Positions 30,776-40,547 are shown, numbered from the stretch's first letter. The stretch is DNA of 64,000 bases from a bacterium (GCA_023249975.1 JAHFBP010000007.1:12198-76197); one strand, 5' to 3'. The notes: generated from the sequence alone by a model not told the origin. Translations and numbers: made by a program.

Positions 30776-30783
30776 AGTAACCC

Positions 30784-31443
30784 ATGCTTAAAAAAACAAT
30801 CTCAACCCTCATGCTATTCGTATCTTTTCAGGTGCACGCCTTGGAAAAACCCATTAAAAATGGTCGCCTGGAAGTCATTTGCGGATCCATGTTCTCCGGA
30901 AAATCAACTGAATTACTACGTCGCATCAAGCGGGCAAAACATGCGAAAAAAGAAATTCTTTCAATCAAGTCACATCTGGACACACGACGAGAAGAATTCT
31001 GCATCACAACTCATGATGGACAAAAGCAAACAGCTCATCTTCTCTCCAATAACATGGAAAATTTGTCTGATTCTATTACAAAACTCAGCGAAGGTGTTGA
31101 TGTTGTAGGTATTGATGAAATTCAATTCTTTCCATATAAAATGATCTCTATTATCGAAAACCTTATCGAAAAAGGCATAATAGTTATTGTTGCAGGCCTT
31201 GACTTAGATTTTCGAGGTGAACCATTCAGTATCATGCCAGAACTCATGGCAAAAGCAGACAAAGTGCACAAGTTTTCTGCAATTTGCTCAAAATGCGGCA
31301 ATGATGCTCATTACTCACAGCGCATTATTAATGGTAAGCCTGCAAAATATGATGACCCAATTATTATGGTCGGCGCAGAAGAATGCTATGAAGCTCGATG
31401 CCGTAATTGTTTTGAAACTCACAAGCCTCAAATTACAAATTAA
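30784..31443 (+). CDS. tdk: Thymidine kinase with N-terminal signal peptide
   Basis: MLKKTISTLMLFVSFQVHA followed by GSMFSGKS, IDEIQF, GLDLDFRGEPF, VGAEECYEARCRNC. Confidence 0.9.
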   Translation: MLKKTISTLMLFVSFQVHALEKPIKNGRLEVICGSMFSGKSTELLRRIKRAKHAKKEILSIKSHLDTRREEFCITTHDGQKQTAHLLSNNMENLSDSITKLSEGVDVVGIDEIQFFPYKMISIIENLIEKGIIVIVAGLDLDFRGEPFSIMPELMAKADKVHKFSAICSKCGNDAHYSQRIINGKPAKYDDPIIMVGAEECYEARCRNCFETHKPQITN

Positions 31444-31474
31444 TCAAAAAAGTTCTATACAAATTATATTATTT

Positions 31475-31513
31475 TGACATGTGGATGTTTTGGGTAAAAC
31501 CTCCACATGTCAA
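31475..31513 (+). terminator. Hairpin after the second tdk
   Basis: TTGACATGTGGA...TCCACATGTCAA. Confidence 0.6.
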
Positions 31514-31719
31514 TGTATTTTTCAAAAAATGATAATAATTATTTGAATAAAATAGCAAGAAATATAGTTGTTAAATACTCACATTTTTATCTTGAACTTC
31601 CTGTCAAATTAAGCAAAATGTAATGTGACAACAATCAACGAATACCCAAATCGGTATGTTTAATATGATTAATTAATATGTTTGATTAATATGTTTGGCA
31701 GAGCGAAGGACGATTCTCT

Positions 31720-33000
31720 ATGTTATATAAAAAATACATCACGGCAATCCTCGTCATTACGTGTATATCTATGAACTTCGCTCAAGAAAAACACCAAAAA
31801 AAAGGCTGCCTAGAAGTCATTTGCGGCTCTGTTTTTTCAGGAAAAACGACCGAATTATTACGCAGAATGGAACGTGCTGAATACAAAAAAAAAGACGTTG
31901 TTTCAACAACCACGCATCTTAACATGCAAAAAAACGAACTCTGCATTAGCACCCATAATGGACAAAAATATATAACACAACCAATCCTTGAATCTGATAA
32001 AGAAAAGTGCCTCGAAACATCGATTATGCAATTGGTTGGAGATACTACAAATGTTTTTGGTATTGATGAAATTCAATTTTTCCCTGATCAAATAATTCCT
32101 ATAATTCAGAGCCTTATCGACCGAGGAGTTACCGTAATTGTTGCAGGGCTTGATTTAAATTGCCAAGGCGAACCTTATAGTATTATGCCTAAATTAATGG
32201 CTCTTGCTGATAAACTTACAAAGCTTTCTGCATGCTGCATTAAATGTGGAAATGATGCGTATTTTTCTCAACGTATTATTAATGGAATTCCGGCAAAATA
32301 TGCCGCAGCACTTTCTACCACCACAGATATTGAAAATTGTCATCAACCTCGATGCCGCAACTGTTTTGAATCTTATAAAATTCCCGAACCAACACATGAC
32401 CCAATAACTTATACCAAAAAGGGTTCGTTAGAAGTTATTTGCGGCTGTATGTTTGCAGGAAAATCAACCGAATTACTGCGGCTCATAGATCGGGCTGAGC
32501 ATAATAAGAAAAAAGTTGTCGCTATAAAACCTCAACTCGAAAGTTATTATCATAATTTTTTTATTACCACCCACAATGGCGAAAAGCGAGCCGCGCAACT
32601 CATTTCAACACACGAACGTAATCTTGAAGCTACTGTACTTCAATTATGTAAGGATGCAGATGTCGTTGGACTCGATGATGTTCACTTTTATCCTCAAAAA
32701 ATGATCTCCATAATCAACAAGCTTATTAATAATGGAGTTACCGTCATTGTTGCAGGACTTGATTTAGATTTTCGAGCTGAGTCATTTGGTATCATGCCAG
32801 AACTTATGGTGCGAGCTGATAGAATTAAAAAGCTCTCTGCTGTTTGCATAAATTGTAATCACCGAAAAGCTCGCTTTTCACAAAGAATTATCAATAATAG
32901 CCCTGCAAAATATGACACTCCTATTATTATGACAGGCGCTGAAGAATGCTACCAACCACGATGTTCCGATTGTTTTGCAACATACAAACCAATAGAATAG
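31720..33000 (+). CDS. Tandem double-domain thymidine kinase with signal peptide
   Basis: MLYKKYITAILVITCISMNFA followed by two complete TK1 domains (GSVFSGKT / GCMFAGKS). Confidence 0.9.
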   Translation: MLYKKYITAILVITCISMNFAQEKHQKKGCLEVICGSVFSGKTTELLRRMERAEYKKKDVVSTTTHLNMQKNELCISTHNGQKYITQPILESDKEKCLETSIMQLVGDTTNVFGIDEIQFFPDQIIPIIQSLIDRGVTVIVAGLDLNCQGEPYSIMPKLMALADKLTKLSACCIKCGNDAYFSQRIINGIPAKYAAALSTTTDIENCHQPRCRNCFESYKIPEPTHDPITYTKKGSLEVICGCMFAGKSTELLRLIDRAEHNKKKVVAIKPQLESYYHNFFITTHNGEKRAAQLISTHERNLEATVLQLCKDADVVGLDDVHFYPQKMISIINKLINNGVTVIVAGLDLDFRAESFGIMPELMVRADRIKKLSAVCINCNHRKARFSQRIINNSPAKYDTPIIMTGAEECYQPRCSDCFATYKPIE

Positions 33001-33039
33001 AGCTATGCACTTTATTTAACACATGAAATTATCATTACC

Positions 33040-34425
33040 ATGGCTCGCATAAAATCATTATTTAGTTGCTCAGAATGTCACTACGAATGTCCAAAGTGGA
33101 TTGGTCAATGCCCGCAATGTTCCACATGGAACAGTTTTGTTGAAGTCAAGGCGCTACCCAGTTCACAAGGAGGACTGAGTAAGTCTACCCACAAAACACA
33201 ACCTTCAAAATTATTTACACTCGACGAACTTCCTGATGAAAAATACAGCCGTTTTTCATGCGGCATGGACGAATGGGATCGTGTATTTGGTGGTGGCATT
33301 GTACCCGGTTCATTTACTATTTTGACCGGTGATCCTGGAGTAGGAAAATCTACACTTCTTTTGCATGTTGCTGACAAAATTGCTCAGCAAAATCACAAAA
33401 CTTTATATTTTTCATCTGAAGAGTCTGTTGAACAAGTCAAAGGCCGTGCATTGCGGCTAGGTCTTGGAAAAACCAATGTTTTATTTTCAGATGAACCAAG
33501 CCTTGAAAATATTATTGCAACAGCTCAGCAAGAAAAACCAGCACTACTGATTTTAGATTCAATTCAAAGTTGCCATGTCACCTCACAAACCTACAGCTTT
33601 CCGGGTAGCATTGGACATCTGCGCGAAGCTGCTTTCCAGCTCATGCGACTTGCAAAAAGTGAACGCATTGCGGTACTGATTACCGGGCACATTACTAAAG
33701 ATGGCAGCATGGCCGGCCCTAAATTATTGGAACACATGGTCGACGGCGTATTTTATTTGCAAGGCGACAACCAATGGCAAACGCGCATTCTACGCTCTGT
33801 TAAAAATCGATTTGGTACCGTCAACGAAATTGGCTTTTTTGAAATGGGCGAAAATGGCATGGAACAAGTCTCTGATTTGAACCACCAAATGCTCGAAAAT
33901 ACTACCGCCACTCCCGGATCAGTGTTGACCTGTTGTATGGAAGGCTCACGCCCCGTTCTCGTTGAATTGCAGGCACTGTGTGTTCCGTCCAAGTTTGCCA
34001 GTCCACAGCGCGTGATAAGTGGAATTGACCACAAGCGGGTGGTAATTGCGGCGGCAATTTTGGAAAAATATTTGAGAATTAAAATGAGTGCTCATGACAT
34101 TTTTTTCAAAGTCAGCGGCAGTTTTTTTGTCAAAGAACCGGCCAGTGATTTGGCCATTATTCTTGCACTACTCTCCAGTTATTTGCAGCGCAAGTTACCC
34201 GATAAAACTATGATCATTGGGGAAGTAAGTTTGACCGGAAATATCAAAACCGCACAACAAACACCAACCCGAATTAAAGAAGCTCTCAAGTTTGGTGCAA
34301 CAACTATCATTACTGCTAAAAATATTCATCAAGAATTTGATAAAAAACATGGTATACTGGCGATTAAAAGCGTGTACGAAACACTCGGATTATTTCCAGA
34401 AAATGAACCTGAACCACATTATTAA
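33040..34425 (+). CDS. radA: DNA repair protein RadA/Sms
   Basis: C4 zinc finger, GDPGVGKS, KNRFG motif. Confidence 0.97.
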   Translation: MARIKSLFSCSECHYECPKWIGQCPQCSTWNSFVEVKALPSSQGGLSKSTHKTQPSKLFTLDELPDEKYSRFSCGMDEWDRVFGGGIVPGSFTILTGDPGVGKSTLLLHVADKIAQQNHKTLYFSSEESVEQVKGRALRLGLGKTNVLFSDEPSLENIIATAQQEKPALLILDSIQSCHVTSQTYSFPGSIGHLREAAFQLMRLAKSERIAVLITGHITKDGSMAGPKLLEHMVDGVFYLQGDNQWQTRILRSVKNRFGTVNEIGFFEMGENGMEQVSDLNHQMLENTTATPGSVLTCCMEGSRPVLVELQALCVPSKFASPQRVISGIDHKRVVIAAAILEKYLRIKMSAHDIFFKVSGSFFVKEPASDLAIILALLSSYLQRKLPDKTMIIGEVSLTGNIKTAQQTPTRIKEALKFGATTIITAKNIHQEFDKKHGILAIKSVYETLGLFPENEPEPHY

Positions 34426-34567
34426 ACTCTTTGCACTTTTTATGCTATTTCATTCAAGTGCACTATTCAGAAGACCAGGACAAATATAGTTTTATTGAAG
34501 TTGAAGTACAAAAATTCGAGTCTTATTTTTTAACAAAATTACGCGAAAAACAACAGGATCTAAAACC

Positions 34568-35179
34568 ATGAATATGCATAAAATCGCCCTTGGACTTGTC
34601 CTTGTATTTTTAAACGTTAATCTGCCCGCAGCACCAAAACGATCATTACTGGAAGCTGAGAACTCCCCAGAAAAATATACTAAATTCGTACCGACTCAAA
34701 AAAGTTCTGTTGGAAATGCGACTTTTGAAAAACCACTGAATTGGCAAGATGATGAAAAAGCCAAAGCTATAATTACAGAATTTAAACAACAATTACGTTT
34801 TATTTTTGAAGCAGCTCAACCACAAAGAAACCTAACTCTCAATCAAGATATCTTCAACGGTACTCCTGATGATTGTACTGAAGATATTTGTAATGTTTCC
34901 AAAATAACCGAAGTACTTGAACACTTAAAAGACCAAGCAAAAGCTGTTATTACACAGACTCATCCTTTTTTACAAATTCACGAACACAATTTGCCTTCAA
35001 TTTGGTATCAAATTAACAAAGACTGCAATCAGCTTATGACTATAGTTTCAGGATTAATTATTCTTGATACTGAAGAACAACGCGTGATCTGCTCATCACT
35101 TTGGACTATTTACAAATCAACTTACAATCTCACTCTGGAATATTCACAGCTCCCTGGCGCACACAGCTACAAAATTTGA
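34568..35179 (+). CDS. Hypothetical secreted protein
   Basis: Signal peptide, 203 aa. Confidence 0.7.
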   Translation: MNMHKIALGLVLVFLNVNLPAAPKRSLLEAENSPEKYTKFVPTQKSSVGNATFEKPLNWQDDEKAKAIITEFKQQLRFIFEAAQPQRNLTLNQDIFNGTPDDCTEDICNVSKITEVLEHLKDQAKAVITQTHPFLQIHEHNLPSIWYQINKDCNQLMTIVSGLIILDTEEQRVICSSLWTIYKSTYNLTLEYSQLPGAHSYKI

Positions 35180-35187
35180 AAGTTATC

Positions 35188-35856
35188 ATGAAATTAAGAA
35201 TTATTACGGCATTGCTCACGTTATCACTCATTTCAACCCCAGCTTTTTGTCCACCCAAAAGTACATCACCCAAAAGCCCTCTAGAGCGCGTTAAAACTCA
35301 AGATACGGACATCTGGAAGTCATCCTTATCAAAACGGCCACCAACACCTATAAAATTGACTGCAATACCTCCAAAAGCAATTCCTGCGCCAAAGCCACAG
35401 CCTAAATCTGTTACATTTAATAACACTGTAACCGTTGTGCACCAGCGAACACCCGTTATACAACCAGAAGATACACCAAGCTCTTCTCTTGATGTGCTTT
35501 TTTCTCGTATGCAATTTAAACAAGCACAAGACGCCTTAGAGCCCTTTGAAGCCGACATATTACCGCTGTTTGAAGGATACGCCACAGAATGGAATGCACG
35601 CAAAACTTCTGACTGTGATTTAACGCGTCGCCTTATCAGCAATAGAAGCCTCTATCAACTAAAAATGCTTTGTCACAAACACAAGATCGACCAAGAATCT
35701 GCAGAATTCATCGTCTTGCAAACACATGCTGCTCTTGTGGCCCTTTTGACTGATGTCATCAGACAAGACTTTTTTATAGACATACAGATATGTGCCTTAG
35801 AATTTGCACAAAAAATACATGCTGCATCTCTTGCCAACCATGAAATTGCAAAATAA
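35188..35856 (+). CDS. Hypothetical secreted protein, paralog family member 1
   Basis: Signal ...AFCPPK, Pro/Ser-rich linker, shared C-terminal helical domain. Confidence 0.7.
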   Translation: MKLRIITALLTLSLISTPAFCPPKSTSPKSPLERVKTQDTDIWKSSLSKRPPTPIKLTAIPPKAIPAPKPQPKSVTFNNTVTVVHQRTPVIQPEDTPSSSLDVLFSRMQFKQAQDALEPFEADILPLFEGYATEWNARKTSDCDLTRRLISNRSLYQLKMLCHKHKIDQESAEFIVLQTHAALVALLTDVIRQDFFIDIQICALEFAQKIHAASLANHEIAK

Positions 35857-35861
35857 TTGTA

Positions 35862-36407
35862 ATGAAAAAAATAACTGCCATATTAATTGCAACATTGGGC
35901 GCAATGCAGAGTTTAGCATTGTGCCCCCCAAAAAAAGACTCGGGACATAAAAAAAGTTTTCGCGCATCAATCAACAACAACCGACGCATTGCTAATGAAG
36001 TCCTTAAATGCTCTGCTGCCTGCCTGACAACACTTAATCCTAGTGAATACTCTTCAAGCACATTTAATGATGAAGTTCTGACACTTTTTAATACATATGA
36101 AGGATTGTGGTTCGGGTGCAACAAAGAAAATCTCACAGAGATCGAGCAACAATCTCTCTTTGATCTCAATAAAATTTGTAACAATTACAAATTCCAGCTT
36201 AATCTTGATCAAGAAGTGATTGATACCGTCATTCCACGGACTTATCTGGAAATTGTCGATATATTTACACATCATAGAAAAGAATCACGCGAAAGTTTTG
36301 CATCTCACCTGCGAATCTGTGCTTTTAACTTTATCTTAAATATACTTTCGACCAAGCCTGCTCAAAGCCCTCGCAAAGCCTCCCCTCGATCCATCGTTTC
36401 GGATTAA
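35862..36407 (+). CDS. Hypothetical secreted protein, paralog family member 2
   Basis: Signal ...ALCPPKK; shared domain F...L.LF..Y...W...LRICA. Confidence 0.7.
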   Translation: MKKITAILIATLGAMQSLALCPPKKDSGHKKSFRASINNNRRIANEVLKCSAACLTTLNPSEYSSSTFNDEVLTLFNTYEGLWFGCNKENLTEIEQQSLFDLNKICNNYKFQLNLDQEVIDTVIPRTYLEIVDIFTHHRKESRESFASHLRICAFNFILNILSTKPAQSPRKASPRSIVSD

Positions 36408-36521
36408 GTGAACACCGCAACACATGCTGGATAGAATAGTATGCATATTCAGAGCGTTGCATAGAGCTGTGAATAACTTGTTATAATACTTAAAAATATC
36501 GCTATCACGGGAGGAAGTTTT

Positions 36522-37229
36522 ATGTTCATAAAACTTGTGATAACAAAAACGACATTATTAATATTAGCTCTCTGCCTTATTCAAAACTCAGTATTGTCTA
36601 TGGAAAGGGAAGAAACCCCTAAGCATCCAGCCCTTGAACGCGTTAAACAAACAGGCTTTGATGCTCAATCACCCCGCAGAAGCCGCCGTCCATCAGCTCT
36701 TATTGGCTTGGAGGACTTACGCGAAATCCTGGATTCGCCTAAAGCGCCTCGATCATGTGATTCGCATCAATCATTTGATGAAATAATCGAAACGCTCACC
36801 TTCAGGGATGGTGCTGAAATCGCAATTTCACCAACAGCTGCCCAACTTTTTTCGTTTGACACATTTTATACTCAAATTTTAGAATTATTTGAACGGCATG
36901 AAAAATCATGGATTGAATGTCCTGATCGTGAATTTACTCCATTCATTATTGAAACACACAGGGAAATTAACAAAGTCTACCAAAACCATGTACGCCTGCT
37001 TCTTGTTGAACAAACAATTATTGATAATTTAATCATGAAGTCACAGGAAGACCTTATTCGCGAGATAGCAACAGGGAAAATGAAAGATTTCTCATCCATT
37101 ATCCGTGCAAGCGCCCTCGAATTAATGGTTAACATATTACTGAGTTCACCAAATAAAGACTGCCATGAGCTTCTTGCGCGCACAACTCAAGAGCTACGTG
37201 ATATCGTCAACTCAGATCCACAGAGCTAA
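36522..37229 (+). CDS. Hypothetical secreted protein, paralog family member 3
   Basis: GGAGG RBS, signal peptide, LERVK motif and shared helical domain. Confidence 0.7.
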   Translation: MFIKLVITKTTLLILALCLIQNSVLSMEREETPKHPALERVKQTGFDAQSPRRSRRPSALIGLEDLREILDSPKAPRSCDSHQSFDEIIETLTFRDGAEIAISPTAAQLFSFDTFYTQILELFERHEKSWIECPDREFTPFIIETHREINKVYQNHVRLLLVEQTIIDNLIMKSQEDLIREIATGKMKDFSSIIRASALELMVNILLSSPNKDCHELLARTTQELRDIVNSDPQS

Positions 37230-37308
37230 CAAGATCATCGCTTTATTAATAAACTTTATATAACATAGGCCTCACTTGAAGAGTTAATCTTTCTTCAGGA
37301 GAGGCCTC

Positions 37309-38421
37309 ATGACTTTACGTCGACTGTTTTATGGCATTTTTTTATGCGCTGCCCCTGCAATAATCAACACAGGAGCTTCATTTTCTAAACTCAAATCATT
37401 ATCAGGGTACCTCCCCGGAACCACAAAAGAACTCATTGAAATGGATGATTTGGGCATCAAGCTCATCAAAAAAATCCATGATCAAAAAACCTTGATTGAT
37501 CTTTTGCCGATCATAGGCGGATGTGCATCTTTACAAAGTATTAACCTGGACCATCAAGGTCTTGTGCCCAAAGATTTGGACCTTTTTGATCATCTTCCGG
37601 AGTCACTGCAGCTGGACGAACTCAGTGTAAAAGATAACAATGTTGGCTCTCATGGCTCACAACACCTCATGGAAATTGCACAACGACACCAAATTACACA
37701 CCTCAACTTGTGGAACACAGGCCTTGAACCTCGAAATATAGAAATTATCTCTCAAATGCTACCCAATAGCCCCATAAGGCACTTGAACTTGGGGGCCAAC
37801 CCACTTACTCAAGAAAGCGCCCGCTCTCTTGCTCAGGCCTTCTCAGGCTCCCCCAAGTTAGAATCCTTGAATTTAGCTGAGAACTTATTTGATCAAAATG
37901 TTTTTGAAATCATTATAAGGGCTTTGCCCTCAAGCAATCTTGCATACCTCAACCTGGCCAGCAATGAGATTAACGCTTCACGCATTGAGCTTCTAACTAT
38001 AATTCTGCCTCAAACCAAGATAAAAAGTCTCGTTCTTGATTACAACCCACTAGGCAGCAAAGGCATGGAAAAGCTTGCGGCTCAGTTGCCTAAAACCCAC
38101 ATTGAAGTACTCAGCCTTGCCGATACAAAACCCGAATCTATGGGCTTGCTAGCACTAACGCGAAAGTTAAATGAATCAAAAATTACTGAGCTCATCTTGA
38201 GAGAAAACACTTTCGGTCATGGAAGCAGCAGTCTTTATCGTGATGATGCCATCATTTTTCTCAACAAAACACTTGAATGCGCAGATCACAAGATCAAAAC
38301 ATTGGATATATCAAGCGTACCCATGGGAATAGGTGCATGCAATCACCTCAAACAAATCTGCCGTTTTCAAAAAATTGACCTCACTATTACAACCCCAGAA
38401 CTGGGATATTCTAGGGGCTAA
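37309..38421 (+). CDS. Secreted RI-like leucine-rich-repeat protein
   Basis: About 27-28 aa LRRs (L..LNL..N.I), signal peptide. Confidence 0.85.
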   Translation: MTLRRLFYGIFLCAAPAIINTGASFSKLKSLSGYLPGTTKELIEMDDLGIKLIKKIHDQKTLIDLLPIIGGCASLQSINLDHQGLVPKDLDLFDHLPESLQLDELSVKDNNVGSHGSQHLMEIAQRHQITHLNLWNTGLEPRNIEIISQMLPNSPIRHLNLGANPLTQESARSLAQAFSGSPKLESLNLAENLFDQNVFEIIIRALPSSNLAYLNLASNEINASRIELLTIILPQTKIKSLVLDYNPLGSKGMEKLAAQLPKTHIEVLSLADTKPESMGLLALTRKLNESKITELILRENTFGHGSSSLYRDDAIIFLNKTLECADHKIKTLDISSVPMGIGACNHLKQICRFQKIDLTITTPELGYSRG

Positions 38422-38761
38422 AAAGCCCATCATTCTTGCGAACAAAATAATAATCATCTTCAGGATCAATACCATCTAAAATTTCGCCTAGCAGCTCTTG
38501 TGCAATACGCAAAGCTTCTTCTCGTTCATTATCGCGCAATACACGCTCTGTCAGCGCCAAGCGCTCAAATGACCCAACTGATCCAAAGGGAAGTTCAAAA
38601 TATTTTTGGGGAACCAATCCAAATTTGCGTAATTTAAGATACAGGGGAAGAGAATTATCCCCCATGATATCAATGCTTTCCTTGCCGGCGGATAATGAGT
38701 TACTCAAAAACAACATGAACGCTATCAATAGACCAAACAACCTCATTTCTCGACTGTTCAT
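38411..38761 (-). CDS. Small hypothetical secreted protein
   Basis: 116 aa with signal peptide. Confidence 0.6.
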   Translation of the reverse strand: MNSREMRLFGLLIAFMLFLSNSLSAGKESIDIMGDNSLPLYLKLRKFGLVPQKYFELPFGSVGSFERLALTERVLRDNEREEALRIAQELLGEILDGIDPEDDYYFVRKNDGLFSP

Positions 38762-38910
38762 CGTAAAGCCCTTTTCTCATTCTCAAATAACAAACATTGA
38801 CCACGTAACCAATATCAGGATCACTACTGACCATGAACAGCTCCCCTTAAAAAGGAATGTATCGGAATAGTTTTGGTATCCATCTTTGAAAATTTCTAAA
38901 AATAAGGCAA

Positions 38911-38946
38911 CAAAAAAGGCCCTGAGTTTTCCCAGAGCCTTTTTTG
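38911..38946. terminator. Intrinsic terminator of rpsI
   Basis: AAAAAAGGC...GCCTTTTTT hairpin. Confidence 0.7.
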
Positions 38947-38975
38947 TAATTCTTTGATAAAGCAGAAAAATAATT

Positions 38976-39368
38976 TTAACGCTTTACGAATTGGAACTTA
39001 GCACGAGCACCCTTTTGACCAGGCTTTTTACGCTCTTTGATGCGAGCATCAACGGTCAAAAGACCGTGTTCGCGCAATGATTTACGCAAATTTTCGTCAG
39101 AAGCTAGCATTGCTCGAGAAATCCCAAGCTTGGCTGCATCTGCCTGTCCGCTCAATCCACCACCACGAACATTGACTGTAATGTCAAAATCAGCTTTTTT
39201 ATCAAGCAAGTTCAACGGTAATTCTACCGCAAGACGCATAGAATCTGTGCTGAAATATTTTTTGTAATCTTTGCCGTTGACAAGGATTGAACCCTCGCCA
39301 GCAACGATTCCAACACGAGCTACTGAGCTTTTACGACGTCCTGTTCCACAAAATCTTTGTACTGCCAT
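38976..39368 (-). CDS. rpsI: 30S ribosomal protein S9
   Basis: GTGRRKSSVARV, GGGLSGQA, ERKKPG...QFVKR. Confidence 0.97.
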   Translation of the reverse strand: MAVQRFCGTGRRKSSVARVGIVAGEGSILVNGKDYKKYFSTDSMRLAVELPLNLLDKKADFDITVNVRGGGLSGQADAAKLGISRAMLASDENLRKSLREHGLLTVDARIKERKKPGQKGARAKFQFVKR

Positions 39369-39606
39369 GCAGACTCCACTCACAACTAAAATTGGCTATA
39401 GTGCCGATATTAACAAGTAATATATGACCATCGCTAAGATTTTACCGCGTTTTTTACGTTTAAGCAAAATATGCAGATGATATTGTAAAAACTTTGATTT
39501 TTTAACCTTTTTTCGTCAAAAAACAATGTCCAGGCTTCGCCGGACAGTCTTGATTATTCAGTTCTTTTTACTGGCTGCGCCAGGCGTAGTCCACTAGGAC
39601 GAAGAC

Positions 39607-39681
39607 TGGAGCCGATGATCAGAGTCGAACTGACGACCTACTGATTACGAATCAGGTGCTCTACCACTGAGCTACATCGGC
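39607..39681 (-). tRNA. tRNA-Thr(CGU)
   Basis: GCCGATGTAGCTCAGTGGTAGAGCACCTGATTCGTAATCAGTAGGTCGTCAGTTCGACTCTGATCATCGGCTCCA; cloverleaf with encoded CCA. Confidence 0.95.
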
Positions 39682-39728
39682 GCGACCAAAGTTGCATATA
39701 TTTCAAAAAAGCCACGCATTGGCAATGC

Positions 39729-40097
39729 CTAGCGTTCGGCAGATTCCTGGCAACTGATGCAACGCGCAGCATAAGGACAAACCTCAAGCCTACGAGCAGA
39801 AATGGGCGTCTCGCAATCTACGCAGATACCATATTCACCCTTGTCGATACGAGCAAGAGCGTCATCAACAAGCTTGAGCTCATCAAGTTCAGTCAATTGG
39901 AGCGAGCTTTGGAGTTTTTCCATAAATAAGGCTTGTGCCTCATCACCCGTATCCTGAACTTCCTTCATGGCCTTATCTTTTGGCTGCGCTGCGGTCTGAA
40001 CCGACAGGGCCATCTTTTTCTCGAGTAAGACTTGTCGAGCCTTTTCGAGAAATTCTTTTCGCTCTTTCACGGTTATTCTCCCCACGAGCACGTTCAA
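39729..40097 (-). CDS. DksA/TraR C4-type zinc finger protein
   Basis: ALARID.GEYGICVDC...I..RRLE..P.A.RCISC; DxxDxA-like motif (DTGDEA); start may be the GTG a few codons in. Confidence 0.85.
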   Translation of the reverse strand: MNVLVGRITVKERKEFLEKARQVLLEKKMALSVQTAAQPKDKAMKEVQDTGDEAQALFMEKLQSSLQLTELDELKLVDDALARIDKGEYGICVDCETPISARRLEVCPYAARCISCQESAER

Positions 40098-40536
40098 AAA
40101 ACCTTTTCATCATACCAATACTCTCGTCAGCTTTCAAGCCTTTGAGCACGATTACCTGCTTCCAATGGGTATCAAGAATCATTGATTCTAGGATATTTAT
40201 GCACCCAAACTGGGGTGAGGGTGCCGCATAACAGATTCCTTTGATCCGACTCAGGCCGATCAAGCCCAAACACATAAAGCATGGCTCAAGAGTAATATAG
40301 AGCCAACAATCGTCCAGGCGCCACCCTTCGGTTTTCTTACAAGCCTTTGAAATGGCTTGAACTTCAGCATGGCCAGTCTGACATCCTAGTTTTTCGATGA
40401 CATTATGCCCCTTGCCCAGCACAATCCCCTCAGGGTTGACTACTACGGCACCAATGGGCACCTCGCCTTTGGCTAAAGCCTTGCCCGCTTCTTGTAAGGC
40501 AAGATCCATATAAACTTCGTGATCTACTATTTGCAT
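39973..40536 (-). CDS. tadA: tRNA adenosine deaminase TadA
   Basis: EVPIGAVVV, HAE, TLEPCFMC. Confidence 0.85.
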   Translation of the reverse strand: MQIVDHEVYMDLALQEAGKALAKGEVPIGAVVVNPEGIVLGKGHNVIEKLGCQTGHAEVQAISKACKKTEGWRLDDCWLYITLEPCFMCLGLIGLSRIKGICYAAPSPQFGCINILESMILDTHWKQVIVLKGLKADESIGMMKRFFERARGENNRERAKRISRKGSTSLTREKDGPVGSDRSAAKR

Positions 40537-40547
40537 CTTTAATCTTT

